A stretch of DNA of 64,000 nucleotides from Syntrophorhabdaceae bacterium (GTDB lineage Bacteria; Desulfobacterota; Syntrophorhabdia; Syntrophorhabdales; Syntrophorhabdaceae): positions 128,001 to 192,000 of the forward strand of contig OY762209.1 in assembly GCA_963665295.1 (NCBI GenBank), given 5' to 3'. Positions 32,453 to 41,854 of the stretch are shown here, in pieces. Under the pieces are notes generated by a model. That model was given only the letters and a program-made list of their open reading frames with translations, did no database searches and was not told where the DNA came from. Position 1 is the stretch's first letter, and each line of letters begins with the position of its first letter. The position numbers and the translations under genes are program-made.

Positions 32453-33445
32453 TTAAATGCTGAGTGTGTCCCTGTCTACAGTCACTTTCCCTATGGAGTT
32501 GAGCGTAGCGGCGTTGTCTCCCGATTCTATGGTAATGGGAAAAGCGTCGGTCTTCCCGTAGAGGGCCATGAGGTTCCCCGCGACCTCCAGGTCCTCCGCC
32601 CGGGGCGCGCCTGCGAGAAGGCCCGTGGGGCCTTTGAACCCGACAGGGGTGAGGAGCACATGGGGCGGCATGTGGGCGGCGTTAAGCCTCCCGTTTTCTT
32701 CCTCGTTCCTGCCCAGGATGAGCTTCATGTCCGGCCTCAGCCTGAAGTGCCTGCCGATCTTCAGGAGGGTCACATCCCTCATGGTGAACCCTTTTTCAAA
32801 GGCGAAGAGGTCCTTCATTCTCCGGGCAAAAACAGGGTCCGTGAGGAGACAGCCTCCCCCGGGGCAACTGAACTCCTTGAGGCTCATGGCGTCCACAAGC
32901 TCGTACTGGGTCTTTCTCCCCCGTCCGGCGATATCATAAAGTTTTTCTCTGTCCACGATGCCCTCGATCTCGGGCAGGGTGGGAGGAAAATGCTTTGCAG
33001 ACAGGGGCCTCAGCATCAAACCTTCAAGGCCGCTCTCCCTTTCTATGAGTCTGATGGTTTCTCTCCTCTGGGACATGGGCCTCTGGCCCAGCACCTCTCC
33101 GGTGATGACGAAACTCGCGCCCGTCTCCTCCATGAGCTTTCGCGCCTCTTTGAGCATGAATATGCGGCAATCGATGCAGGGGTTCATGGCCCTTCCATAC
33201 CCGTGTCCGGGTGAACGGACGATTTCCAGGTAATCCATGCCTTTGAGTCTCACCAGAACCTCCACGTCAAGCTCGCGGGCCGTCCTTACCGCCTGGAGCC
33301 CGCAGCCCTTGTCCCCCTTCGTGCAGGTGCAGAAGGGTGAGGTAAAATGGAGGGCAACGACCTCTATGCCCTGCTCTTTGATGATTCTGGTGGCGAGGAT
33401 ACTGTCGAGTCCGCCCGACAGGAGAGATATGGCTTTCCGTTCCAT
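32453..33445 (-). CDS. PP-loop ATPase, ThiI/MnmA-like (DUF814-associated) putative tRNA thiolation enzyme
   Basis: LSGGLDS, NPCIDC, GEVLGQRPMSQ, GGCLLT, GRHFR. Confidence 0.8.
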   Translation of the reverse strand: MERKAISLLSGGLDSILATRIIKEQGIEVVALHFTSPFCTCTKGDKGCGLQAVRTARELDVEVLVRLKGMDYLEIVRSPGHGYGRAMNPCIDCRIFMLKEARKLMEETGASFVITGEVLGQRPMSQRRETIRLIERESGLEGLMLRPLSAKHFPPTLPEIEGIVDREKLYDIAGRGRKTQYELVDAMSLKEFSCPGGGCLLTDPVFARRMKDLFAFEKGFTMRDVTLLKIGRHFRLRPDMKLILGRNEEENGRLNAAHMPPHVLLTPVGFKGPTGLLAGAPRAEDLEVAGNLMALYGKTDAFPITIESGDNAATLNSIGKVTVDRDTLSI

Positions 33446-33589
33446 CGGGTTTCACTATACCAGTTCCACGAGCTATTGTCAACTGAGTCTATCGTTCTAC
33501 TATAGTTTGTAACAATGAGGCCGACCCGTTTCGGGTTCAAATCCTGTCGCCCCCCGGGAGCGCCGTCTGGTCCCTCGTGACCTGATTCA

Positions 33590-34200
33590 GTATCTCATCG
33601 TGGAGCACTTCCACGAGATGTTCCCGCAATCCAATGAAGCCGGGGTCGCTACGAGGTCATGGATCTCCTTCCGGGAACGATCCACGCTGATCCGGACATG
33701 AATATTGTGAAGACCGGAGAGAAAAGTAGCCCACGGAGGGTACCGTTGGTAAGAAGGGTGAGGGACGGACGGGTACCCGCGGCATCGAACAGGTCTTTGA
33801 GGCGGGGGGGCAGAGAAGGACCTCGCCCCCGCTCAAGGTGATATTCATCGCTCCCATGTCCACGGCCTCATCGATCATTCCCCGGAGGATGTCCGGGGGG
33901 AAATCACCACTTCCCGTGTCCGTGTAGTAACAGTGACGGCAGCGGAGGTTACACCTGTCCGTCACGTAGACGAAGAGGCTCTTCAGCCGGGGGGCCGGGG
34001 AATCGTCTTCTTTGCCGGGAGGCTGGTACACGGTGAATGAAAAACAATTCCTTGCGGTTTCCATGATTGTACCGGAGACACCCCGTCAGTTGACCGGGCT
34101 GCACGCCATAGCAGGGCCTATCTGTTCCGGAAGCTCCTCGCTCATAGGGATAATGGTTGCAGAGGGCACATAGCCCGGGCCCCGGAAGAGGGAACTGCAT
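33590..34200 (-). pseudogene. Decayed radical SAM/SPASM gene fragments
   Basis: CNLRCRHC and SGGE in one frame; LTLLTNGTL in a second frame after the G7 run at 33804-33810; VRISVD..KEIHD in a third; upstream CALCNHYPY...CLRY looks like a SPASM tail; boundaries approximate. Confidence 0.75.
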
Positions 34201-34290
34201 TTTGAGTGTACCCGTTCTTTTCGCGCCTCATGGGACGTGAGGATGGCCGGCAGGAAACAGGTCCACCGGCATCCGGTCCCGTGAGGGAGG

Positions 34291-37200
34291 CTACTTTCTT
34301 ACGACGGCTACGGGGAAATCCTGGATGGTCTGGGGCTTCGTGGTGGTGGGCGTCTGCTGCCCCTCCGTCAACTCCTTGACCCGTTCGGAAAGATAGAGAT
34401 CGAGCATGTTGATGCTGATCTTCCCTTTCTTCGTGTAGTCCGCCCTGCCGTTCAGGGCCTCCACGAGGGCCTTGGTAAAGGCGCCGTTATTCCATTCAGG
34501 CCTTTCGAGGGAGAACTGTCTTCCCGTGGAGGAAGCGAAGACGACCGCTCCGTTCTCCGCGCTCGACAGCTCGTTGGCGATATTGGTCACATCCCCCAGC
34601 GCCTTGCGGGTCCCCATCACGTTCCCCGAATGGCAGGTGTCCACAAATACGAGGGTCTTGCCCGCAAGATTGGCGATGGTGTTCTTTATGTCCCCGTAAG
34701 GGACGCCCGTGCGCTTTATGGCGCTCTTGTCGAAATTGGTGGGAATGAAGTAATAGACACCCGTATTGTCGTTAATACCGTGGCCTGAGAGGAAGACCAT
34801 GGCCACGTCTTTGCTCGTGGTGGACTTCTGTATCCATTCAAGGCCGTCGAGGACAGCGTCTCTCGTTGCCGTGTCGTCGGTGAGGAGCCGCACATCCACA
34901 TCCCTGTAAAGTGCTCCCTTCTGGGCCTTCATGGCTTCCGCAAAATCCCGGGCATCCTTTGCCGCATAACGGAGCTGGTTTTCCGGGGGGAAGTTGACAT
35001 ATTTCCCCACCCCTATGGCGAGGATGTAGAGTTTGGGCAGGATGACGAATTCATCCCTCTGGGTCCTTCCGAGCCACCGCACCCGGATGGTTGCAGGCTC
35101 GCTGCTCGCGAACCTGTTCGACGCGATAATGGATATCTGCGAATCTTCAGGGGGTATGGCCACGGTCACAAGCCTCACGTTCGGTGCGCCTGAAGCCGCG
35201 GGAGTCCCCTCCTTCTTTGCGGAAGCCGCCGGACCTTCCCTGCCCGGTGCCTGGACCTGTCCCGCCGGCCCGCCCGTATTGTCTTCTTCCACGGCCAGGT
35301 CTCTCACCGAGGCCACGGGGCGCCCGTTTACGAGGGCCCTCACCTCCGTAACCGCTTCGCCCGAAGGGGACCGGACAGTGAATCGCACGGGAATCTGGGG
35401 CGTTGAGGCGACCACGTTATCCGAGGGTGATACAATGCTCACCACGGGCGGCAGTATCTTCTGCACTGATACCGCCTCGGCCTGGCCCTTCTTCCCTGAT
35501 TCCTGGTTGGCGATCTTGATCGCCTCCCTCTCATCGAGGGTCTCCACTACCTTTTCTATGATGTCGGGCCTGTAATAGGCTTCCCTGAACCGGGAAACGG
35601 GGAAAAAGTCGGATGCCATGTCGGGGCTGTTATTCACGTGCCAGCCGATAAGCTCCTCCGCTCCGGCGGAGGCCTCGTAGTAACCCAGGGGGGTCCACAA
35701 TATCCACCGTTTCATATCCCCGTGGGGAAAGAAGTTCAATATGTTTACCCCGTCCTTCATGCGGTACCACCTGATGATGCCATCCCCGAAAAATACCGCC
35801 GCAATCCGACCGTCCCCCGAAATGTTCATGGCCCATGGGGTCGAGGGGGCGACGACACGCCATAACTCCGCGCCCGACATGTCGAAGGCGCGCAGGTTCC
35901 AACTCGTCCCGAGAAGGAGGCGGCTCTTGTCGGGCGACACGGCGAAGCTCCTTGAAAGTTCATACTGGTCAAGCTTGAGGGCGACCCCTTTCAGCTTCGG
36001 TTGGTACGAGTCCTCCCAGTCAACAAGGCCGATGGACTCTCCCGGGGTGAGCGAAGAATGAAGGTCCCCCGAATCACGCTTCCCGTCGTCCGGTTTCAGT
36101 ATCTTGAGAAGGCGCTCCGTGACGGAGAACTGCCCCGAAGTCCTGTCGAGGACGTTATACTCGAAACGCACGACGAAGCCGTTCCGGGAAAGAAAAGAGC
36201 CGTCCCTGTTTCTGTAGTCCGCTATGGCGGGGTTTTTTCTCAAACCCGGCTCATCATGGGCATTGAAGGTGCCGAAGGCCGGGGCTGCGGAAACGTACGC
36301 AATACCGCCCCCTGTAAGAGGCACGATATCCATGATGCTGTGGAGTATGCCGGTAAGCCTGTAAGCCCCGCCCTTTCCTTCCCGCCCCCACCTGCAGATA
36401 GGGAACTGGCCTTCTGCCTGGAACTTCCCGCCCCCATAGAGCATCTGTCCATCCCGGGACCATGTGACGACTTCCAGGTTGCCGTTATCCGCGAATCCCG
36501 TGTCGGGCGCGTAGAGGTACGCGAGGTCCTTTCCCGAGAGCACGTCTATTTTCGTCGTGTCGTTGAAGCCCACCGCCACTTTCGACCCGTCAGGGGAAAA
36601 ACCGGCAAAAACAGGCTTCCTGCCCCCTGTTCCGTTCACCTTTGCCACAAGTTTGAAGGCGCTGTCATAGAGGCGGATGGACCCGTCATAGGACGTGGTG
36701 ACGAGGCGGTTTTGCCCGTCGAAATCCGCTCCGAAGCACTCGTCGCCGTAATTCCCGTCCTCCGCCACGAGGGCATTGTCGGAAGTCCTGTATACACGGA
36801 ATCCGTTCTTCCCCCCGAGCATGGCCACGAGATACTGGCCGTCCTTTGAATATCTGAGGTGGCGGATCACGTTGATGATGTCCGGTATCCTGCCCTTGAT
36901 CCTCCCTGTTTCGCGATCAATGACATAGATGTTATGGAATATGTCGCCGCCCATGGTCCAACCCCCGCACGCGATAGTGCTGCCGTCCGGAGAAAGGGCG
37001 ACGGAATAGATGTTTCCCTCGTATTGAGCACCTATGGGAGGTCTCACCACCCTGAGGAGATTCCCCGAAGCGAGTTCCCATACGCGCAGCGTCTTGTCAT
37101 CGGAACCCGTGACGATATACCTGCTCTGGGCGTCCACCGCCATCCGCCTCGCAAGGGAGGTGTGCACTCCTGTTTCGATGCGGAAGATCGGTTCTCTGGA

Positions 37201-37308
37201 GAGGTTGTTAGGGGGTTTTGCTGTGTAAACCGTTGTCCCCATGGAGTATGTCCCGAGGAGTGTCGCTACCGAAACGATGAAGCATATCAGACCGATCCGT
37301 TTCTTCAT
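34291..37308 (-). CDS. Exported WD40-repeat protein with C-terminal caspase-like (peptidase C14) domain
   Basis: Signal/TM MKKRIGLICFIVS; WD40 repeats (TGSDDKTLRVWE, ALSPDG); FLSGHG and DTCHSG His/Cys dyad; GAFTKALVE. Confidence 0.9.
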   Translation of the reverse strand: MKKRIGLICFIVSVATLLGTYSMGTTVYTAKPPNNLSREPIFRIETGVHTSLARRMAVDAQSRYIVTGSDDKTLRVWELASGNLLRVVRPPIGAQYEGNIYSVALSPDGSTIACGGWTMGGDIFHNIYVIDRETGRIKGRIPDIINVIRHLRYSKDGQYLVAMLGGKNGFRVYRTSDNALVAEDGNYGDECFGADFDGQNRLVTTSYDGSIRLYDSAFKLVAKVNGTGGRKPVFAGFSPDGSKVAVGFNDTTKIDVLSGKDLAYLYAPDTGFADNGNLEVVTWSRDGQMLYGGGKFQAEGQFPICRWGREGKGGAYRLTGILHSIMDIVPLTGGGIAYVSAAPAFGTFNAHDEPGLRKNPAIADYRNRDGSFLSRNGFVVRFEYNVLDRTSGQFSVTERLLKILKPDDGKRDSGDLHSSLTPGESIGLVDWEDSYQPKLKGVALKLDQYELSRSFAVSPDKSRLLLGTSWNLRAFDMSGAELWRVVAPSTPWAMNISGDGRIAAVFFGDGIIRWYRMKDGVNILNFFPHGDMKRWILWTPLGYYEASAGAEELIGWHVNNSPDMASDFFPVSRFREAYYRPDIIEKVVETLDEREAIKIANQESGKKGQAEAVSVQKILPPVVSIVSPSDNVVASTPQIPVRFTVRSPSGEAVTEVRALVNGRPVASVRDLAVEEDNTGGPAGQVQAPGREGPAASAKKEGTPAASGAPNVRLVTVAIPPEDSQISIIASNRFASSEPATIRVRWLGRTQRDEFVILPKLYILAIGVGKYVNFPPENQLRYAAKDARDFAEAMKAQKGALYRDVDVRLLTDDTATRDAVLDGLEWIQKSTTSKDVAMVFLSGHGINDNTGVYYFIPTNFDKSAIKRTGVPYGDIKNTIANLAGKTLVFVDTCHSGNVMGTRKALGDVTNIANELSSAENGAVVFASSTGRQFSLERPEWNNGAFTKALVEALNGRADYTKKGKISINMLDLYLSERVKELTEGQQTPTTTKPQTIQDFPVAVVRK

Positions 37309-37550
37309 AACCCGTCCTGTCCCCCTTAAAAATGGATACAACCAATGCCGAATTTTAACTTCCCCGCACGAATCATGCAAGCACTAAGTTCTAAACCTCA
37401 ATGATTTACATATGTCCGCCAAATATAAGATGAAAAAGGACCAAAAACGCCCGGCGGCCCCAGGTCGTGGGACGTCGCATTTTCTTGACAATCCTGCGGG
37501 TCTTGAATACAATTTCCCTGCTCAAGTCTTTCACAAAATGAGGAGGTAAC

Positions 37551-38519
37551 ATGACGAAGCAAGGGTTGGCAGTGCTGTGTATGGCTACGGCGTTGTTGGT
37601 CGGATTCGGATCGGGCGACGCGGGCGCGGGTGAACCCGCCGGGGCCAAGGCGCTCTTCTTCAGTGGAGAGGGAACGACCATGGCATCCTCGGCGACCGCC
37701 CCCCAGCGGCGGCAAACTGTGGCCCGCGCCACGACACCCTCGAACGTGAAGTATATGGGTATCTCCTATTGGATAGACCGCCTCGGCAAAGACGGAACAA
37801 TGCGGAGGGTCGGCTCCAAAACCGTGTTCAGACAGGGCGACCGGATCAAGGTCTCCCTCAAGAGCAACAGGGAAGGCTACCTGTACGTGATCAATCTCGG
37901 ATCCACCGGGTCCTCCACCGTACTCTTTCCCAATGCGCGAACTCCCCAGGGGGACAACCGCATCTACCCGGACCAGACCTACGAGATACCTCCCACGGGC
38001 TTCTTCCGGTTTGACGAAAATCCCGGAGAGGAGACGCTCCTCGTCATGCTGTCGCCTACCCCCATGGACGGAGGCGCGCCTCAGTTCAGCCCTCCGGACC
38101 GGATGACCGCGTCAGCGCCTCTTCCTCCGTCTCCGCCTGCCGAGGGGCTCATGACACAGCCCACCGCCCAAGCCCCCCAGGCTGCTCCATTCCCCGACAA
38201 CACGGCGTCCTTACAGGAGCCTCCGCCCGAGGGCATGCAGATGCAGGGCATGCAACAAGGCATGCAGCAGGATATGCAGGGTATGCAGATGATGGCAAAC
38301 GCCGGGGATATGGGCTCCAAGGGATTGCCGAGAGGGGCAAAAGACCTCATGATCGAGGAACTGACCACAACCGCAAGCACCAGGGCCGTAAGCCGCAAGG
38401 ACCTGTTCATTGAGGAAGACTCGGGCCCGAACCCCGCGTCCTATGCCGTGGCCCCTGTATCCACCCTCCAGCAGGGCGGGAGACTCATTTCCCTCAAGAT
38501 CAGTCTGAAACACAGATAA
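37551..38519 (+). CDS. Exported DUF4384-domain protein
   Basis: Signal peptide; FRQGDRIKV..SNREGYLYVIN..G....LFPN motif; GAGGAGG RBS. Confidence 0.82.
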   Translation: MTKQGLAVLCMATALLVGFGSGDAGAGEPAGAKALFFSGEGTTMASSATAPQRRQTVARATTPSNVKYMGISYWIDRLGKDGTMRRVGSKTVFRQGDRIKVSLKSNREGYLYVINLGSTGSSTVLFPNARTPQGDNRIYPDQTYEIPPTGFFRFDENPGEETLLVMLSPTPMDGGAPQFSPPDRMTASAPLPPSPPAEGLMTQPTAQAPQAAPFPDNTASLQEPPPEGMQMQGMQQGMQQDMQGMQMMANAGDMGSKGLPRGAKDLMIEELTTTASTRAVSRKDLFIEEDSGPNPASYAVAPVSTLQQGGRLISLKISLKHR

Positions 38520-38658
38520 GGAACAGCGCCGAAAAGAGTGCCGAGTCAAGAGGTCAAGGATGGGGGGGGGCGGTGCAAGCCCCCTCGTAAAAAGGCAACG
38601 GGCCTTGTGGTTGCGGGCCGGCTGCCGCAACGGAACTAATAATCTCAGGAGGATTTCC

Positions 38659-39279
38659 ATGAAGAGGGTGACAAACCTGTCAAACCTGTTGTTGGCCGTA
38701 CCGCTTCTTATGCTCTGCCTTGCCGGAGCGGCATGTGACAAACCGAAGAACGACGCCGCCGGTCCCAAACCGGAGGCAGCGCAGCAGGCCGTTCAAGGCG
38801 CACCCACCGCCTCGGGTGCACCGGCTCCCGCGAGCGCAGTACCCATGGAGGCAAAGCAGAACCTCCAGCAGGGTCTCTCCTATGTCTCAATCGCCAAGGG
38901 AAATCCGGGCGCAGCCGCTGAAAACTACGAAAACGCCCTCCGGGAATTCTCGAATGCCATAGAGAAGTATCCTGATTACACGGAGGCTTACGGCAATCGC
39001 GCCGTTATCTATATGCAGCAGAAGAAGTTCAACAAGGCCATGGACGACCTCAAGAAGGCGGAATCGATCAATCCCGACGACAAGAACGTTCAGTACAACT
39101 TCATCGCATGGTACTCGCTCCAGAATCAGGTTGACCGCGCCCTCGATTCCCTCGACAAGACCCTCTCCCTCGGCTTCTCGGATTATGACGCCCTGAGGGC
39201 CGATCCCGACCTGAGAAACGTGCGAAACAGTCCGGAATTCAAGAAGGTTTGCGAGAAATACAAAGTTTTCCTCAAGTGA
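38659..39279 (+). CDS. TPR-repeat lipoprotein
   Basis: LAGAAC lipobox; TPR motifs (AYGNRAVIY, VQYN); DPDLRNVR C-terminal cap; AGGAGG RBS. Confidence 0.82.
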   Translation: MKRVTNLSNLLLAVPLLMLCLAGAACDKPKNDAAGPKPEAAQQAVQGAPTASGAPAPASAVPMEAKQNLQQGLSYVSIAKGNPGAAAENYENALREFSNAIEKYPDYTEAYGNRAVIYMQQKKFNKAMDDLKKAESINPDDKNVQYNFIAWYSLQNQVDRALDSLDKTLSLGFSDYDALRADPDLRNVRNSPEFKKVCEKYKVFLK

Positions 39280-39444
39280 GACGGAGGACATGCGGCACCC
39301 AGGCGCAAAGAGGCCGGATAAGGACAATGTTTTTTGCGGACAGAAACGTGTCCCGGGGATGTTCTTAAATTCACGAACCGCTTGGACCCCAAAATCTTCA
39401 TTTCACGAATACCGGGGGGACCATCCCAAACTTGCTTTCTTTAA

Positions 39445-39489
39445 AATCAAGACCTTATCAATGGCCGGGTTTTTGGCACCGTAAATGCA
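39445..39489 (+). promoter_or_regulatory. IHF site plus sigma-54 promoter
   Basis: AATCAAGACCTTA (39445-39457) matches WATCAANNNNTTR; TGGCAC-CGTAA-ATGCA (39474-39489) matches the -24/-12 consensus. Confidence 0.65.
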
Positions 39490-39531
39490 GCTTTTTGGGC
39501 AGAAGTTAAATAAAAGAACAGGAGAAACGAT

Positions 39532-39777
39532 ATGAAGAAAGTTGTAATGTTTGTTTTGGCAGTACTTATCGGCATCGCATTTGTGTCCACAGGTTTTACG
39601 CAGGACAAACCCGCTGCAGCCCCGGCTGACAAAGCAGCAGTAGCAGCACCTGAGAAAGCAAAAGAAGAAGCTCCTGCAAAAGAAACCAAGAAAGCAAAAA
39701 AGGCAAAAAAAGCCAAAGCAAAAAAAGAAGCAAAACCGGCTGAAGAGAAAGCAGCAGAGCCCGCACCCGCGAAGTAA
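39532..39777 (+). CDS. Small exported Lys/Ala-rich low-complexity protein
   Basis: Signal peptide MKKVVMFVLAV...; KKAKKAKKAKAKK; AGGAG RBS. Confidence 0.75.
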   Translation: MKKVVMFVLAVLIGIAFVSTGFTQDKPAAAPADKAAVAAPEKAKEEAPAKETKKAKKAKKAKAKKEAKPAEEKAAEPAPAK

Positions 39778-39789
39778 GACCGTATGTCC

Positions 39790-39820
39790 AGGTGGGAGCT
39801 ACCCGCTCCCACCTTTTTTT
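39790..39820 (+). terminator. Intrinsic terminator
   Basis: AGGTGGGAGC-TACCC-GCTCCCACCT followed by a T run. Confidence 0.85.
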
Positions 39821-40004
39821 GTCTTTTCCGCACTTTCTCCTCCTTCGACTGCCCGGCTTTGCGCATCGGGCGCCTGTCTTCCTCTCAGTTACGAGACAGC
39901 ATGATATCACGGCAAGCCGTAGGAAGTGCCGATATTCCGCGAATGTGACCCGCCATATCACGCCGGTTAGGACATCTTTGCCTCCCCATAGCGGACAATA
40001 ACGA

Positions 40005-40035
40005 TTGACATCGCTATGTTCTTTGGTATATAACG
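40005..40035 (+). promoter_or_regulatory. Sigma-70 promoter overlapped by a ModE-type box
   Basis: TTGACA at 40005, then CGCTATGTTCTTTGGTATATAACG (40012-40035), fitting CGnTATATA-N6-TATATAnCG. Confidence 0.7.
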
Positions 40036-40169
40036 GGTACAGAGGCAACTCGGTCGGCGAATATTGTCGGGCCATGAGCCCCATGCATGGAGAAGGAAGG
40101 AAAAGGCGGGTCGATTACGGGCACGAAAGCCCGGCCCAAAAATAAGCCGTCGATTGAAAGGAGGATGTC

Positions 40170-40382
40170 GTGGCACCAACCATCACTTACAATGGCCATC
40201 CCGTACAGATTGTCCGGGTCTGGCCCGCACGCAACGTTATCGAGCAACCCCTGCTTACCGTCCGGTCATTGAAGACCGACCGGGAATGGGTGGTCTGGGG
40301 GTATGAACTTAAGGGGGATCACAACGTCATCAAACTGGGCGTCGAAAGGGCGGAGCGTCGGCGGGAGCAAACCCACAGTTAG
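40170..40382 (+). CDS. Small hypothetical protein (70 aa)
   Basis: GTG start 5 nt after AGGAGG; lies downstream of the boxed promoter; no family recognised. Confidence 0.5.
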   Translation: MAPTITYNGHPVQIVRVWPARNVIEQPLLTVRSLKTDREWVVWGYELKGDHNVIKLGVERAERRREQTHS

Positions 40383-40587
40383 CCCGGTCACGAGGAACAC
40401 GGTCGGCGACCGGCCGGTTCCTTGCCCCGTTACCATGATCAGGCATGCCTTCTCATGACCGGTCATCCATCCATGTCGCATTCTCCGGCGAAAGGGTGAA
40501 ACCCGTCCGGCGCTTTTCGCGGACAGAGAAGGGCGTCCTTACCCCAATTTGCACCTGCGGCGGGGAATCCGCGCCGTGCCTTGCACG

Positions 40588-41334
40588 TCAGATTGCCTCC
40601 CTTTTCAGGATCAGGTTCCGTTTTTCCAGCACGTGGCGCCTCGCGATCTTCTCCACCCTTTCCCTGTCGCCTCTCAGCATCGCTTCAGCCAGCGCCCTGT
40701 GAGCCTCCAGGAAGGGGCCGACCTCGTCCATGGAGTTTCTCTGCGGGGTCCGGCGCCGTGTGATATGGTCGAGAAAGGTGGTGATCAACTTGTAAAGCAC
40801 CTCGCTTCCGGCGGCCCGGTAAATCATTTCATCGAAATCGGCTTCGAGGTCCGTCACGCTCATGAGGTCTCCCTTTTCCAGGGCATGCATGGAGGCATTA
40901 ATGTTCCCGAGGAGGGCGGCGAGCAATTCCTCCGTGACGTGCTCGCATGCGAGGTAGGCGGCGTAGCTTTCGAGGGCGGCTCTTACACCGAAGGCCTCCC
41001 GGATGTCATCGTCGCCAACCTTTCTCACGACAGTGCCCCGGGTCGGGAGTCTCTCCACAAATCCCCGGTGTTCAAGCCTCTTAACCGCTTCGTGCACAGG
41101 CGCCCTGCCCACCTGCAGCTTCCGGGCCAGCCTCTGCTCCACGAGCCTCTGTCCCGGCATGAGATCCCCTTTCACAATGGCGTCTTTCAGGGTCTTGTAG
41201 ACAACCTCCGCAATCGACTTCTTCTTTTCCACAGGCCGGATGCACAAGAGTGCTTCTTCCTTCCCGGTTCGCGCCGGCGTCTCCGGCCCGTTTTTTTCCA
41301 CAATGTCCCCCATCCGTTCCTCTTTTCCATCCAT
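40588..41334 (-). CDS. GntR family regulator (FCD domain)
   Basis: GDLMPGQRLVE, VHEAVKRLEHRG wHTH; RAALE FCD domain; start uncertain. Confidence 0.9.
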   Translation of the reverse strand: MDGKEERMGDIVEKNGPETPARTGKEEALLCIRPVEKKKSIAEVVYKTLKDAIVKGDLMPGQRLVEQRLARKLQVGRAPVHEAVKRLEHRGFVERLPTRGTVVRKVGDDDIREAFGVRAALESYAAYLACEHVTEELLAALLGNINASMHALEKGDLMSVTDLEADFDEMIYRAAGSEVLYKLITTFLDHITRRRTPQRNSMDEVGPFLEAHRALAEAMLRGDRERVEKIARRHVLEKRNLILKREAI

Positions 41335-41547
41335 CTTCGCCTGTTTCCCACGCCGCCCTTCAAATGTGGGGCCGCCTCGAGACCCCGGTCGCTTCGGCGG
41401 CCCACATTATGAAAAGGAGGTACCAGGAACAATGCCCATTGCCGGTATGCGCAACGGGTACTCCTCCGGGCTCAGCCCGTTCCCGGAGGACCACGCACGC
41501 AGGACTATGAAGCGGGCCACAGCCCACGCTCACATATGCGTCCATAC

Positions 41548-41580
41548 CGTTATATACGTTAGGTAATAACACGTTGTCAA
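41548..41580 (-). promoter_or_regulatory. ModE-type box over the promoter of the GntR gene
   Basis: CGTTATATACGTTAGGTAATAACA (41548-41571); TTGACA on the minus strand at 41580-41575. Confidence 0.6.
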
Positions 41581-41663
41581 GCTTTTTTTGTACCCTGCCA
41601 AGGGATAACCCTTTACCGTTGTCTTTGTTTGATGACAACTTCCACCAAATATCCATAAATTAC

Positions 41664-41726
41664 TTGACAATTCGTTGTTGTGTATTATATATAACGATTC
41701 AGCGTTATGATGATGTAGTTATAACG
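41664..41726 (+). promoter_or_regulatory. Promoter with two tandem ModE-type boxes upstream of the TonB-dependent receptor
   Basis: TTGACA 41664; CGTTGTTGTGTATTATATATAACG (41673-41696); CGTTATGATGATGTAGTTATAACG (41703-41726). Confidence 0.78.
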
Positions 41727-41854
41727 GATACTGAAAACAGACCCGGACCGGCAGCAGGGGTTCGAGGGAGGAGCATTAGAGGGACAGGCGTTGAAAGCCC
41801 GTAAACATCGATAAGAACAGTCGCGACTGGAATTATAATCCAACGGAGGTTGAT

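Noticed and set aside
39290..39325. c-di-GMP-I riboswitch (GGCGCAAAG)
   Set aside because: Lacks the upstream GGCAAAC and GNRA-capped P2 stem
41727..41854. Cobalamin or Moco riboswitch in the TBDR leader
   Set aside because: No B12-box or convincing conserved helices by eye; an Infernal scan would be needed
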